Shown piece by piece: positions 27,622-37,484 of a stretch of DNA of 40,102 bases. The position numbers and the translations under genes are program-made. The notes below the pieces were generated by a model. It was not told the DNA's origin. It ran no database searches and saw only the letters and a program-made list of their open reading frames with translations. Position 1 is the stretch's first letter. Each line of letters starts with the position of its first letter. Source of the stretch: Longimicrobiales bacterium (GTDB taxonomy: Bacteria; Gemmatimonadota; Gemmatimonadetes; Longimicrobiales; Gaopeijiaceae); NCBI GenBank assembly GCA_965218295.1, contig CBDCKN010000011.1, positions 1-40,102 of the forward strand, written 5' to 3'.

Positions 27622-27970
27622 TGCGTTTCCGATGTGGTACGCTGATTCGATGGCGTTGGTCATCCCTTCATGCGGATCGCGAAACGTGATTCACCGGACG
27701 GGACGTCGTAGCGGTGAAAGCGAGCCGAGGATTGGACCTCGGTGAGTCGGCGGAGGAGTCGTTGGTCTCTGCTGAACCCTCCGGAGCTCGGAGGACCCGA
27801 AGTTGCTGACCGCGCAACAACGGGAGAAGGGAAGCTGAGTCAGTTGCCCGACAGAAGGTGAGCCGCAAGGCGATCTGGAAGATGGGCAGGACTCCAAGCG
27901 AGACGAAGCTTCTACCAACGAAATAGGAGCCCTTGAAGCGGCTTGCCGCGCCGAGGGCTTCTTTTTTTTT
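27622..27970 (+). ncRNA. Putative large structured non-coding RNA (~345 nt), family unknown
   Basis: Bounded by a promoter and a terminator, with no credible ORF. About 10 hand-identified helices, including long-range pairs 27654-60/27914-20 and 27663-69/27826-32, several G-U pairs and a GCAA tetraloop. Confidence 0.7.
27926..27970 (+). terminator. Intrinsic terminator
   Basis: GGAGCCCTTG/CGAGGGCTTC stem capped by GCGG-CTTG-CCGC, followed by T9. Confidence 0.85.
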
Positions 27971-28021
27971 GGCAGGGTTTTGCTTTTGCAGGCCTCGTAT
28001 CTGGTTCCGTGCACCGATTGA

Positions 28022-28594
28022 TCATTCGGGCGGGGCGTGCTCGAAATGATCGAGATAGCGACCGTGCTTGTCGCGCTGCTCTTCCAGCCAGACCTGGTAT
28101 CCGCTTTCGACGAGCCCCCCAGACGCCGTGCCCTCCTTGGCGGCTCGCGTGGCCAGGTGGTTGGCGTACTCGTTCTGCGCATGGCCGTCGTGGCCGCGAA
28201 TCCAGCTCCACCGGACTTCGTGCCCTGAGGCGATTCGATCGAGCTCCTTCCAGAGGCCCAGGTTGCCGATCTCACCTCCCTTCCGTCTCCACCCCCGGGC
28301 CTTCCATCCCGGGAGCCACTCCTTCATCCCCTTCACGATGTACTGGCTGTCCGAGACGAAGTGGACCCTGCACCGGCGCTTCCGTAGCAGAGTCAGGCCC
28401 TCGATCGCGCTTCGAAGGGCCATGCGGTTGTTGGTCGTGTCCGCCTCGGAGACCCAGTAGTCCCGGCGCACCCACTCATCACTTGTCCAGTACTCGACGA
28501 GACCTCCGGCGCCTCCAGGGTTGGCACGGGCCTTGAACTGGTTGCCGAGGCACGATTCGTCGGCGTAGATGGCGATCTCGGGCGGCTCCGTCAT
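28022..28594 (-). CDS. rnhA: Ribonuclease HI
   Basis: IYADESCLGN..NPGG, TTNNRM, SDSQY, W..GW...GW, WIRGHDGHAQNEYAN. Confidence 0.9.
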   Translation of the reverse strand: MTEPPEIAIYADESCLGNQFKARANPGGAGGLVEYWTSDEWVRRDYWVSEADTTNNRMALRSAIEGLTLLRKRRCRVHFVSDSQYIVKGMKEWLPGWKARGWRRKGGEIGNLGLWKELDRIASGHEVRWSWIRGHDGHAQNEYANHLATRAAKEGTASGGLVESGYQVWLEEQRDKHGRYLDHFEHAPPE

Positions 28595-28715
28595 TTTGGC
28601 TCTTCTTCTACTGGGTTAATGTCTGCCTGCTGGATGAGTGCCGGCGCTCGCCCTCCGGCGGATCGCGAGAAAGGTAGGGTGCCGAAAGGGGCCGCGGAAC
28701 GGGTGGCGCGTAAGC

Positions 28716-28743
28716 TTGACTCGGTTTCCTCCGGTTCTAGATT
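28716..28743 (+). promoter_or_regulatory. Putative sigma70 promoter for carA
   Basis: TTGACT-N16-TAGATT, ~55 bp upstream of the carA start. Confidence 0.45.
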
Positions 28744-28797
28744 CCGCCGGCGGTCGGAGGCTACTGACGGCAACACATCTAACTCGGACGCTAGCTG

Positions 28798-29922
28798 GTG
28801 GCTCGCACTCATCTACGCGAACCCGCGTACCTACTCCTCGAAGATGGCCGGCGTTTCGACGGTTTTCGCTTCGGCGCCCCGGGACCCTCACTGGGGGAGG
28901 TCGTCTTCAACACCTCCATGACAGGCTACCAGGAGATCCTCACGGATCCGTCGTATTCTGGTCAGCACGTCGTCATGACGTATCCGCTGATCGGCAACTA
29001 CGGAGTGAACGACCAAGACCGGGAGTCGGATGGCCCACAGGTCACCGGGTTTGTGGTTCGTGAGCTTCCCCCGCAGCACTCTTCGTGGCGGGCGACGGCT
29101 TCGCTGGAGGAATATCTGACGGCCCACGACGTCGTGGGAATCGCAGAGGTCGACACCAGGGCACTGACCCGCCATATCCGATCCGAGGGAGCCATGCGCG
29201 GTGCCATCGCGCCGGCGGAGACGGACGAGGGGGCCCTGCTGGAGAGCGTGCTTGCGCATCCACGCATGGAAGGTCTCGATCTAGCCTGTGGCGTATCCAC
29301 GGACGACCCCTACGTGGTCGAGGCCTTGGGCGAGGAGCGCTTCCACGTTCTCGCCTACGACTTCGGCGTCAAGGCGCACTCGCCGCGGCTTCTGGCCGAG
29401 GGGGGCTGCCGTGTGACGGTCATTCCTGCGGAGACGTCGGTGGAGGACATTCTCGCTGAGCGCCCCGACGGGATGTTCGTCTCCAACGGACCGGGGGATC
29501 CTTCAGCTGTCGAGAAGGCCGAGGCCGCCATCCTCCGGCTTTCCGAAAACGACACCCCCGTCTTCGGAATCTGCCTTGGCCACCAGCTCATCGCACGGGC
29601 CTTCGGTGCAAGGACTTACAAGCTCCCCTTCGGTCATCACGGGGGAAACCACCCAGTCCGCAACCTCGACCAGAATACCGTGGAGATCACGTCCCAGAAC
29701 CATGGATTCGCAGTGTCCCTGGGAGAAGGGGACGAGATTCCCGGAGCTCCGGAGCTCCGGCTTACGCACGTCAATCTCTACGACGGAACCGCGGAGGGAG
29801 TGGCCCACCGGGAACGGCCTGTGTTTGCGGTCCAGTATCACCCTGAAGCTGCTCCGGGGCCCCACGACAGTCGGTACCTTTTCGATCAGTTCATCGCACT
29901 CATGGAGGCCCGGCGCCCGTAG
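28798..29922 (+). CDS. carA: Carbamoyl-phosphate synthase small subunit
   Basis: GEVVFNTSMTGYQEILTDPSY, SNGPGDP, FGICLGHQ, HGGNHPV, TSQNHGF, QYHPEA. Confidence 0.97.
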   Translation: MARTHLREPAYLLLEDGRRFDGFRFGAPGPSLGEVVFNTSMTGYQEILTDPSYSGQHVVMTYPLIGNYGVNDQDRESDGPQVTGFVVRELPPQHSSWRATASLEEYLTAHDVVGIAEVDTRALTRHIRSEGAMRGAIAPAETDEGALLESVLAHPRMEGLDLACGVSTDDPYVVEALGEERFHVLAYDFGVKAHSPRLLAEGGCRVTVIPAETSVEDILAERPDGMFVSNGPGDPSAVEKAEAAILRLSENDTPVFGICLGHQLIARAFGARTYKLPFGHHGGNHPVRNLDQNTVEITSQNHGFAVSLGEGDEIPGAPELRLTHVNLYDGTAEGVAHRERPVFAVQYHPEAAPGPHDSRYLFDQFIALMEARRP

Positions 29923-29935
29923 GTCCAAGGGGCAC

Positions 29936-29965
29936 TTGACGTTCCAGGTTCGAGACCGTTACCGT
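29936..29965 (+). promoter_or_regulatory. Putative promoter for the IHF/HU gene
   Basis: TTGACG-N18-TACCGT upstream of GGAGG and the ATG at 30013. Confidence 0.35.
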
Positions 29966-30012
29966 GGCAGCCCTGCCATCGCTCGGACACTTTTCGCATT
30001 GCGGAGGAATGG

Positions 30013-30315
30013 ATGACCAAGGCGGACCTCGTTGAACAGGTCGCAGAGGCCATCGGTCCTGGGATCACCAAGAAGGACTGCGCCCTGGTTGTCGATGGCT
30101 TCCTAAACGCCGTCAAGCGGGCATTGGCCAACGGAGAGAACATCGAGATCCGTGGGTTCGGAACGTTCAAGGTGCGAAGGCGGAAGAGCCGGATGGCCCG
30201 GAACCCACGGACTGGCGAAGGTGTGGAGGTGCCGTCCAGGAGCGTTCCGGTGTTCAAGCCCTCCAAGCACCTTCGGACGCGCGTCAGTCAGCTCGACGGG
30301 CAGCCGGTAGAGTAG
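30013..30315 (+). CDS. HU/IHF family DNA-binding protein (IHF beta-like)
   Basis: MTKADL, IEIRGFGTF, ARNPRTGE, FKPSK. Confidence 0.93.
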   Translation: MTKADLVEQVAEAIGPGITKKDCALVVDGFLNAVKRALANGENIEIRGFGTFKVRRRKSRMARNPRTGEGVEVPSRSVPVFKPSKHLRTRVSQLDGQPVE

Positions 30316-30437
30316 CACCGCTGCCCGTCGCGTATCCGGTTCGTCTTGCCGCGAGCCCAATCCAGCGTCGTCTGGGCCTGTTCGCCTTCAGTCGTCCCAA
30401 CGGACTTAACGCTTCGGTGACGACGGGCATCTGATTC

Positions 30438-30998
30438 ATGATGGCCGAGGACCGACGCACCGAGCCACCTTCCGACGAGGAGCTGGTTCACCGTGCACAG
30501 GCTGGCGACAGTCGGGCGATGGACCTGCTAGTGGATCGGCATCACGGCGTGGTCTTTCGAACGTGCTTGGTAATCATTGGAGATGAGGATCTTGCAGAAG
30601 ATGCGAGCCAGGACTGTTTTATCAAGGCGTGCAAAGCCCTGGACCGGTTCCGGGGAGACGCCGCCTTCAAGACGTGGCTCCTGGCCATCGCGGGCAACGA
30701 GGCCCGTGGGCTTCTCCGCAAGGTCGGCAGGCGGAAGGAGCGGGGACTCGAGGATGTGGGCGCCATCGCGGCCCCCGGAAACGACCCGTCGACGGAGGTT
30801 GCTCTCCGTTCCGAGGCGGCTCGCGTCCGGGAAGCCGTGGACGAGCTCCCCAACAAACAGAAGCTCTCGGTGACGCTGAGAATCGACGATGGCTTGAGTT
30901 TTAGGGAGATCGGTGAGCTAATCGGTTCTTCAGAGGGTTCGGCTCGAGTGAACTACCATCACGGGATCCGCCGCCTGCGGGAGATGTTGGAGCCATGA
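30438..30998 (+). CDS. ECF RNA polymerase sigma factor
   Basis: SDEELV..AQAGD, AEDASQDCF, FRGDAAFKTWL..IA.N, GLSFREI. Confidence 0.92.
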   Translation: MMAEDRRTEPPSDEELVHRAQAGDSRAMDLLVDRHHGVVFRTCLVIIGDEDLAEDASQDCFIKACKALDRFRGDAAFKTWLLAIAGNEARGLLRKVGRRKERGLEDVGAIAAPGNDPSTEVALRSEAARVREAVDELPNKQKLSVTLRIDDGLSFREIGELIGSSEGSARVNYHHGIRRLREMLEP

Positions 30999-31447
30999 AG
31001 GACAGCACGTGCGCAGACACAAAGGACCTGCTACCGGGGCTGGTCCGGGGAGAGCTCCTCGACGAGGAGCGCGCCCGGATCGAAGTGCATGTATCTGCTT
31101 GTGCGGAGTGCAGTGACGAAGTCGCGCTGCTCCGTCAGATCCGAACGACCACACCTGCGCCGCCTGCCGGCTTGGCTGCCGAGATCAAGGAAGCGGTGGC
31201 CCGCGACAGAGTACGTACACGGTGGTCGTCGGGCTGGCGGCTCCCGGCTGCCGCAACGGTGGTTCTTGCTTTGGGGACGGCGCTCGTCTGGCAGCGCCCC
31301 CAGACCCTGCCTGAGACGAGCCAGCTCGCACAGGAGTCGTTCTTGATGGGTTGGGCCAGCGACGACGCCTTCGTGGCCGGTGCTTCGATGCTGGAAGAAC
31401 TGTCGGAAGAGGATCTGGCTCTCTTGTTGGAGGAGCTCGGAGGATGA
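30995..31447 (+). CDS. Zinc-binding (ZAS/zf-HC2) transmembrane anti-sigma factor
   Basis: HVSACAEC (HxxxCxxC), one TM segment, ATGA-coupled to the sigma factor. Confidence 0.85.
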   Translation: MKDSTCADTKDLLPGLVRGELLDEERARIEVHVSACAECSDEVALLRQIRTTTPAPPAGLAAEIKEAVARDRVRTRWSSGWRLPAAATVVLALGTALVWQRPQTLPETSQLAQESFLMGWASDDAFVAGASMLEELSEEDLALLLEELGG

Positions 31448-32004
31448 AGAGATCGATCGGCCTCCTGATGGCCCTGTTCGTAATGATGGGCGTCGAGGGT
31501 GTCGCCGCCCAGCGAAGGGGCCCGCCGCAGCAGCGTCCGGGAGGTGCCCGGCGCGCTCAGATGGAGCAGAGGATCCGGGGCCGCTTCGACGCCATGGTTC
31601 GAGAGCGGCTCGGGCTCACCGACGAGCAGCAACAGAGATTCCAGGAGGTGTTGGCGGGCTTCCGCGAGCAGCGACTGGAGTTCGTGCAAGACGAGCAGGG
31701 CGCCCGGAGACAGTTGATGCGTCTCGGGGCGGAGGGCGAGCTCACCGAAGAACAGGCCGGCGAGGCTCTCCAGGGGATGATCCGGCTGCGCGAGGAAGAG
31801 GTGCGGCTCTTCCGGGAAGAGCAGGAGGCGTTGGTGGGAATTCTGAGCGCTCGTCAGCTTCTGCGCTTTGTCGTCATGCGCGAACAGCTGAATCAGAGGA
31901 TTCAGAGCATTCGCGCGCGCGAAGGTCGTGGCATGGGTCCCCCACAGGGGCGTGGGCCGGGTGTGGGGCTCGGGCCACCGGGAGGCTTCCCACTGGAACG
32001 TTGA
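31444..32004 (+). CDS. Spy/CpxP-like exported helical protein
   Basis: Signal peptide; LGLTDEQQ and ILSARQ (LTxxQ-like) motifs; ATGA overlap. Confidence 0.7.
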   Translation: MKRSIGLLMALFVMMGVEGVAAQRRGPPQQRPGGARRAQMEQRIRGRFDAMVRERLGLTDEQQQRFQEVLAGFREQRLEFVQDEQGARRQLMRLGAEGELTEEQAGEALQGMIRLREEEVRLFREEQEALVGILSARQLLRFVVMREQLNQRIQSIRAREGRGMGPPQGRGPGVGLGPPGGFPLER

Positions 32005-32067
32005 CCGGAGCGGTGGGGTTCCTCTACTCTCCTGAGACTGTTACTAGCTCCTGGGCGCCCGCAATCC

Positions 32068-32313
32068 GTGGAAATCCGCACCCTGTTCTTCGCCTCCTAT
32101 CGAGAGCTCCTCGGCACCGGGGAGCTTCATCTCGATCTCCCAGATGGGGCGACGGTATCGGATTTGGTGTCGGCGCTCCGCTCCCGTGGAGGGGCGTTCA
32201 CGGTTCTGCCCATCGACCCAGCCGTAGCCGTGAATCAGAGCTACGCGGACCCTGCCGCACTCCTCAGTGAAGGCGACGAGGTGGCGCTGATCCCTCCAGT
32301 GGCGGGGGGGTGA
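32068..32313 (+). CDS. moaD: Molybdopterin synthase sulfur carrier
   Basis: LFFASYRE, AVN, GDEVALIPPVAGG with C-terminal GG. Confidence 0.92.
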   Translation: MEIRTLFFASYRELLGTGELHLDLPDGATVSDLVSALRSRGGAFTVLPIDPAVAVNQSYADPAALLSEGDEVALIPPVAGG

Positions 32314-32314
32314 C

Positions 32315-32767
32315 GTGACGTTCGTCGCGGTTGTTCGAGACCCCATCGATTCGGCCGAAGTCCTGGCTCGGGTGGGAGCGGACGAGGATGGAGCCGGTCT
32401 CCTGTTCTTAGGTGTCGTACGCGATCACAGTGAGGGCCGCTCGGTGGGGGGCGTCCGCTACGACGCGTACGAGGAGATGGCGGCCGGAGTTCTCACGGAG
32501 ATCGCGGACGAGGCCGCGAGGGTGCTGGGAACCGATCGCATCGCCGTGGTACACCGTGTCGGTGACCTGGCGGTGGGTGATGTCAGCGTGGCCATAGCGG
32601 TCTCGAGCCCCCACCGTGCCGAGGCCTACGAGAGCTCCCGATTCATCATCGAGGAGATCAAGAAGCGCCTTCCCGTCTGGAAGAAGGAGCTCTATAGCGA
32701 CGGCGTGGAGGAGTGGGTGGCCGGAACGACTCCTGTCGCCCGGTCCGGGAAGGCTGATCGGCCATGA
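32315..32767 (+). CDS. moaE: Molybdopterin synthase catalytic subunit
   Basis: FLGVVRD, YDAYEEMA, HRVGDL, SSPHR, PVWKKE. Confidence 0.93.
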   Translation: MTFVAVVRDPIDSAEVLARVGADEDGAGLLFLGVVRDHSEGRSVGGVRYDAYEEMAAGVLTEIADEAARVLGTDRIAVVHRVGDLAVGDVSVAIAVSSPHRAEAYESSRFIIEEIKKRLPVWKKELYSDGVEEWVAGTTPVARSGKADRP

Positions 32768-33744
32768 TCGATCAGTTCGGCCGCCGGGTGGAGTACCTCC
32801 GTATCTCCGTCACCGACAAGTGCAATCTCAGGTGCGTGTACTGTATGCCACTGGAGGGACTCGACTGGCTCAAGCGCGAGAGCCTTCTCAGCTACGAGGA
32901 GATCGCGCACATTGTCCGGGTCATGGCCGGGATGGGCCTCAAGCGGGTTCGCATCACCGGGGGAGAGCCGCTGGTCCGAAAGGATCTCCACAGGCTGATT
33001 CGCATGGTGTCCGAGATCCCAGAGATCGAAGACATCTCGCTCTCCACCAATGCGGTGCTCCTGGCCGACCAGGGGGAGCTGCTCCGTGATGCCGGCGTAA
33101 ATCGGGTCAACATCTCGTTGGACTCGCTGAGGGCCGATCGGGTGGACGCCATCGCCCGGCGACCAAACTCTTTCGGCCGCATCATGGCCGGGCTGGAAGC
33201 CGCCGAGAACCTCGGCTTCGAGCCGCTCAAGATCAATGTCGTGCTCATCGGTGGCCAGAATGACGACGAGATCGAGTCGTTCGCCCTCATCACGAGGCAC
33301 AGACCATGGCACGTGCGCTTCATCGAGCTCATGCCCACGGGGTCCAACCTGGAACTGAGCGCGGACAACTTCGTGTCCTGCCAAGATGCCCTTGCCAGGA
33401 TCCGGAAGCTGGGGGAGCTGGAGTGTGTGGAGGGTCCTCGAGGGAACGGCCCGGCCACGTATTTTCGCTTCCCGGAGGGGCGTGGCACGGTCGGAGTCAT
33501 CACTCCCATGAGTCACAACTTCTGCGACCGCTGCAACCGCATGCGTCTGACCGCCGCCGGCCAGCTCCGCCCGTGTCTCTTCGGGTCTCTCCAGACCAAC
33601 CTGCGAGACCCGCTTCGCCAGGGATCCGACCTGGTTCCGCTCATCGAAGAAACGCTCCGGATCAAGCCGGAGCGGCATTACCTGATCCAGGGAAGTGACG
33701 AAGGGTCGGGAGGTCTCGTGGCCCTCTCCCAGACCGGAGGTTGA
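32764..33744 (+). CDS. moaA: GTP 3',8-cyclase
   Basis: [39 protein letters not shown]-terminal GG. Confidence 0.95.
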   Translation: MIDQFGRRVEYLRISVTDKCNLRCVYCMPLEGLDWLKRESLLSYEEIAHIVRVMAGMGLKRVRITGGEPLVRKDLHRLIRMVSEIPEIEDISLSTNAVLLADQGELLRDAGVNRVNISLDSLRADRVDAIARRPNSFGRIMAGLEAAENLGFEPLKINVVLIGGQNDDEIESFALITRHRPWHVRFIELMPTGSNLELSADNFVSCQDALARIRKLGELECVEGPRGNGPATYFRFPEGRGTVGVITPMSHNFCDRCNRMRLTAAGQLRPCLFGSLQTNLRDPLRQGSDLVPLIEETLRIKPERHYLIQGSDEGSGGLVALSQTGG

Positions 33745-33749
33745 CGAGC

Positions 33750-34676
33750 GTGCACAAGATCACGGTCGTGGGTGCGGGTCACGTCGGAGCGACCTGCGCC
33801 CAGCGACTGGCAGAAAAAGAGCTCGCACGCGAAGTAGTTCTCATCGACATCGTCGAAGGAATCCCTCAGGGAAAGGGGCTCGATCAGTGGGAGAGCGCAC
33901 CCGTCGAAGGCTTCGACTCGCAGATCATCGGTTCCAACGACTACGAGGCGGCCGCAGGGTCGGAACTCTTCATTGTCACGGCCGGAATCGCTCGCAAGCC
34001 GGGCATGAGCCGAGACGACCTCCTCAGGACGAACGCCGGCATCGTAGAGTCGGTGTCGCAAGAGATCGCCAGGGTGGCGCCCGACTCCATCATCATCATG
34101 GTGTCGAATCCCCTCGACGTCATGTCGTACGTGGCGATGCAGACCACGGGTTTCCCCAGGGAGAGGGTGATCGGCATGGCCGGCGTCCTGGACACGGCCC
34201 GTTATCGCTCCTTCATCGCCATGGAGCTCGACGTGAGCGTCGAAGACATCCAGGCTCTGGTGCTCGGGGGGCACGGCGACACGATGGTGCCGCTGGTCTC
34301 CACCACCAACATCTCGGGGATCCCGCTGACACACTTTCTGGACCGAGATCGCATCGATGCCCTCATCGAGCGAACTCGCAAGGGAGGAGCGGAGATCGTT
34401 GGCCACCTGAAGACCGGAAGCGCCTACTATGCTCCGTCGGCGGCGGCCGTTCAGATGGCCGAGGCCATCGTGAAGAACAAGCGACGCATCCTCCCGTGCG
34501 CGGCGTATCTCCAGGGCGAGTTCGGCCACGACGGCATTTTCCTGGGCGTCCCGTGCAAGCTGGGCGAGGGCGGCCTGCAGGAGATCGTCGAAGTGGAGCT
34601 CACCGAGGCCGAGGCCGCGGATCTGGCGAGCAGCGTCGATGCCGTCCGGAGCACGATGGAGGCTCTCGCCGCCTGA
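33750..34676 (+). CDS. mdh: Malate dehydrogenase (LDH-like)
   Basis: [39 protein letters not shown]. Start placed at the GTG 8 nt after GGAGGT (TTG at 33741 is an alternative). Confidence 0.95.
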   Translation: MHKITVVGAGHVGATCAQRLAEKELAREVVLIDIVEGIPQGKGLDQWESAPVEGFDSQIIGSNDYEAAAGSELFIVTAGIARKPGMSRDDLLRTNAGIVESVSQEIARVAPDSIIIMVSNPLDVMSYVAMQTTGFPRERVIGMAGVLDTARYRSFIAMELDVSVEDIQALVLGGHGDTMVPLVSTTNISGIPLTHFLDRDRIDALIERTRKGGAEIVGHLKTGSAYYAPSAAAVQMAEAIVKNKRRILPCAAYLQGEFGHDGIFLGVPCKLGEGGLQEIVEVELTEAEAADLASSVDAVRSTMEALAA

Positions 34677-34759
34677 CACTGCGGGGTCGGTCCGGGGCTG
34701 CCGCCCCGTCTCGTCGGCCGGACCCACGGCACCGCCGGCGCTGATCGGTGGGAGACACC

Positions 34760-35452
34760 ATGCGTCGAATATTCACACTCTACGGTTCATCGGTTGGCAA
34801 GAAGACCACCATGGCCGTATCCGGTCTCGTCATGGTGGGCTACCTCTTCGGCCACATGACCGGCAACCTGAAGGCCTTCCTGGGCACCAACGAAGCCGGC
34901 ATCTACCACATCGACGAGTACGCAGAGTTTCTCCGGACCATGGGCGAGCCCGTGCTTCCGGAGGGCTTCGGCCTCTGGGGTATCCGGCTCCTCATGCTGG
35001 CGCTGATCGGCATGCACATCGTGTCGGCGACGCAGCTCTACCTTCAGAGCCGGGCGGCCAGGACGACACGTTACGCCAAGGAGGAGTCCATATCCTTCAG
35101 TTACGCGTCGAGGACGATGCGCTGGGGTGGGGTCATCATCCTTCTCTACATCATCTACCATCTGCTTCATATGACCGTCGGATCGGTCCATCCGAACTTC
35201 GAGCACGGCGCCGTGTATCACAACGTCGTCATCGGGTTCCAGAGCCCGCTTGTGGTGGGCGCTTATACCGTGGCCACCCTGGCTCTCGGGCTTCACCTGT
35301 ACCATGGCTTGTGGAGCATCTTCCAGACCCTGGGCGCGAGCCATCCTCGTTACGACCACCTGCGTCGTCCGTTCGCCGCCGTGCTCACTTTCGTCATCGT
35401 GGGAGGATTCCTGTCGGTGCCCTTCGCGGCCCTGATGGGAATTCTCCGCTAG
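34760..35452 (+). CDS. sdhC: Succinate dehydrogenase cytochrome b558 subunit
   Basis: SSVGKK..MAVSG, HMTGN, ASRTM, YHLLH, HLYHG; five TM segments. Confidence 0.92.
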   Translation: MRRIFTLYGSSVGKKTTMAVSGLVMVGYLFGHMTGNLKAFLGTNEAGIYHIDEYAEFLRTMGEPVLPEGFGLWGIRLLMLALIGMHIVSATQLYLQSRAARTTRYAKEESISFSYASRTMRWGGVIILLYIIYHLLHMTVGSVHPNFEHGAVYHNVVIGFQSPLVVGAYTVATLALGLHLYHGLWSIFQTLGASHPRYDHLRRPFAAVLTFVIVGGFLSVPFAALMGILR

Positions 35453-35552
35453 TGTGGTGTCCCAGAAGTTCGCGAGCCACCGAGAGTGCCGAGGCGCAGG
35501 ACCGGATGCATCGGTGCTCGAATGGCCGAGACACTTCTGGGACACCACACTA
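35450..35552. mobile_element. MITE-like palindromic repeat, copy 4 (103 bp, perfect 20-bp inverted ends)
   Basis: TAGTGTGGTGTCCCAGAAGT (35450-35469) / ACTTCTGGGACACCACACTA (35533-35552). Provides the sdhC stop codon and abuts the sdhA RBS. Confidence 0.85.
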
Positions 35553-35567
35553 AGGAGTCGGTAAGGC

Positions 35568-37484
35568 ATGGAACTGAATCCAGGAGTCCCGGCCGGCCCC
35601 ATCGATCAGAAGTGGAACAAGCACCGCTTCGACATGAAGCTGGTGAACCCGGCCAACAAGCGGAGATACGACGTCATCATGGTGGGTACGGGGCTGGCCG
35701 GTGCGGCGGCGGCCGCCACAATGGCCGAGCTCGGCTACATCGTGAAGGTCTTTACGTATCACGACTCGGCCCGGCGGGCCCACTCCATTGCGGCGCAAGG
35801 CGGGATCAACGCGTCGAAGAACTACCAGAACGACGGGGACAGCACGTACCGCCTCTTCTACGACACGGTGAAGGGTGGGGACTTCCGTTCTCGGGAGGCC
35901 AACGTCTATCGGCTCGCTCAGGTGAGCGAGAACATCATCGACCAGGCGGTGGCCCAGGGCGTGCCCTTCGCCCGGGAGTACGGGGGATTGCTGGCCAATC
36001 GCTCCTTCGGTGGCGCCCAGGTATCCCGTACGTTCTACGCCCGCGGGCAGACGGGACAGCAGCTTCTTCTGGGTGCCTACCAGGCTCTACAGCGGGCCGT
36101 GAAGAGCGGTAGGGTGCAGATGCACACCCGCCACGAGATGCTCGACGTGGTCGTCGTGGAGGGCGAGGCCCGGGGGATCGTCACGCGCGACCTGGTGAGC
36201 GGGAAGGTGGAATCCCACACGGGAGACGCCGTGGTCCTGGCCACCGGCGGGTACTCGAACATCTTCTACCTTTCCACCAACGCCAAGGCGTGCAACGTCA
36301 CGGCGACCTGGAGGGCTCACAAGCGCGGCGCGGGCTTCGCCAACCCCTGCTTCACGCAGATCCACCCCACGTGCATTCCGCCCGCCGGGGAGTATCAGTC
36401 CAAGCTCACCCTCATGAGCGAGTCGCTCAGAAACGACGGCCGCATTTGGGTGTCGCAGAGCCAGGGTGACAACCGAGCGCCCCCGGACATCCCCGAAGAC
36501 GAGCGGGACTACTACCTGGAGCGCATCTATCCCAGCTTCGGAAACCTGGTCCCCCGGGACGTGGCTTCGCGGCGCGCCAAGGAGATGGTGGACATGGGCC
36601 ACGGGGCGGGACCCCGGTGCAACGGGGTCTTCCTCGATTTCTCACACTCCATCGAGCGTCTCGGGCGGGATACCATCGCCGAGCGCTACGGCAACCTCTT
36701 CGAGATGTACGAGAACATCACGGGTGAGGACCCGTACCGCGTGCCCATGCGGATCTACCCGGCGCCCCACTATACCATGGGCGGCCTCTGGGTCGACTAC
36801 GATCTCCAGAGCACGGTGCCGGGACTGTTCGTCATCGGAGAGGCCAACTTCTCGGACCACGGAGCCAACCGCCTGGGCGCCAGCGCCCTCATGCAGGGCC
36901 TCGCCGACGGGTACTTCATCCTGCCCATGACCATCGGGAACTATCTGGCCCGCATGACGCACGACCACGACCTGAGCACGGACGCCGTCGAGTTCCGAAG
37001 CGTCGAGAGAGAGGTGCAGGAAACGGCGCGTAGGCTCTTGGACGTGGGCGGCTCTAGGACCGTGGACGAGTTCCATCAGGAGTTGGGTCACCTCATATGG
37101 AACCGCTGCGGTATGGAGCGGAACGCACAGGGTCTACGGGAGGCTCTCGACGAGATCCCCGAGATCCGAGAGCGCTTTTGGCGGGACGTTCGCGTGCCCG
37201 GAAGCGCCGAGACGCTGAACCAGTCCCTGGAGAAGGCCGGACGGGTGGCCGACTTTCTGGAGTTCGCCGAGACCATGTGTCACGACGCCCTCACGAGGGA
37301 CGAGTCGTGCGGGGCCCACTATCGCTCGGAGCACGCAACCGCCGAGGGCGAAGCCCGGCGGGACGACGAGAACTTCACTCACGTCGCCGTCTGGGAGTAC
37401 CGGGGGGAGGGGAACGAGCCCGTTCGTCATTCGGAGGCCCTGGAGTTCGAGCACGTCCCGCTGTCGCAGAGGAGCTACAAGTAA
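35568..37484 (+). CDS. sdhA: Succinate dehydrogenase/fumarate reductase flavoprotein
   Basis: [49 protein letters not shown]. Confidence 0.96.
   Translation: MELNPGVPAGPIDQKWNKHRFDMKLVNPANKRRYDVIMVGTGLAGAAAAATMAELGYIVKVFTYHDSARRAHSIAAQGGINASKNYQNDGDSTYRLFYDTVKGGDFRSREANVYRLAQVSENIIDQAVAQGVPFAREYGGLLANRSFGGAQVSRTFYARGQTGQQLLLGAYQALQRAVKSGRVQMHTRHEMLDVVVVEGEARGIVTRDLVSGKVESHTGDAVVLATGGYSNIFYLSTNAKACNVTATWRAHKRGAGFANPCFTQIHPTCIPPAGEYQSKLTLMSESLRNDGRIWVSQSQGDNRAPPDIPEDERDYYLERIYPSFGNLVPRDVASRRAKEMVDMGHGAGPRCNGVFLDFSHSIERLGRDTIAERYGNLFEMYENITGEDPYRVPMRIYPAPHYTMGGLWVDYDLQSTVPGLFVIGEANFSDHGANRLGASALMQGLADGYFILPMTIGNYLARMTHDHDLSTDAVEFRSVEREVQETARRLLDVGGSRTVDEFHQELGHLIWNRCGMERNAQGLREALDEIPEIRERFWRDVRVPGSAETLNQSLEKAGRVADFLEFAETMCHDALTRDESCGAHYRSEHATAEGEARRDDENFTHVAVWEYRGEGNEPVRHSEALEFEHVPLSQRSYK

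Noticed and set aside
27650..27868. Small ORFs in the ncRNA region (13 aa and 31 aa on +, 66 aa on -)
   Set aside because: No RBS and no recognisable protein features; dense base-pairing explains the sequence better.
27621..27970. Group II intron (starts GTGCG; GCGGTGAAAG resembles part of domain V)
   Set aside because: No complete domain V/VI, no RT ORF and no interrupted gene. It has its own promoter and terminator.
27401..27970. tmRNA, RNase P RNA, SRP RNA or 6S RNA
   Set aside because: GGGGCT at 27401 has no matching T-arm or 3' CCA end. No GAGGAAAGTCC, no SRP GGAAGGAAGCAGC motif, and the fold is multibranched and too long for 6S. Checked by eye only.
28591..28812. 73-aa minus-strand ORF upstream of rnhA
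   Set aside because: Overlaps the carA start and its putative promoter and has no recognisable motif.
28798..29922. carA without adjacent carB
   Set aside because: Separated carA and carB genes are common and not informative.
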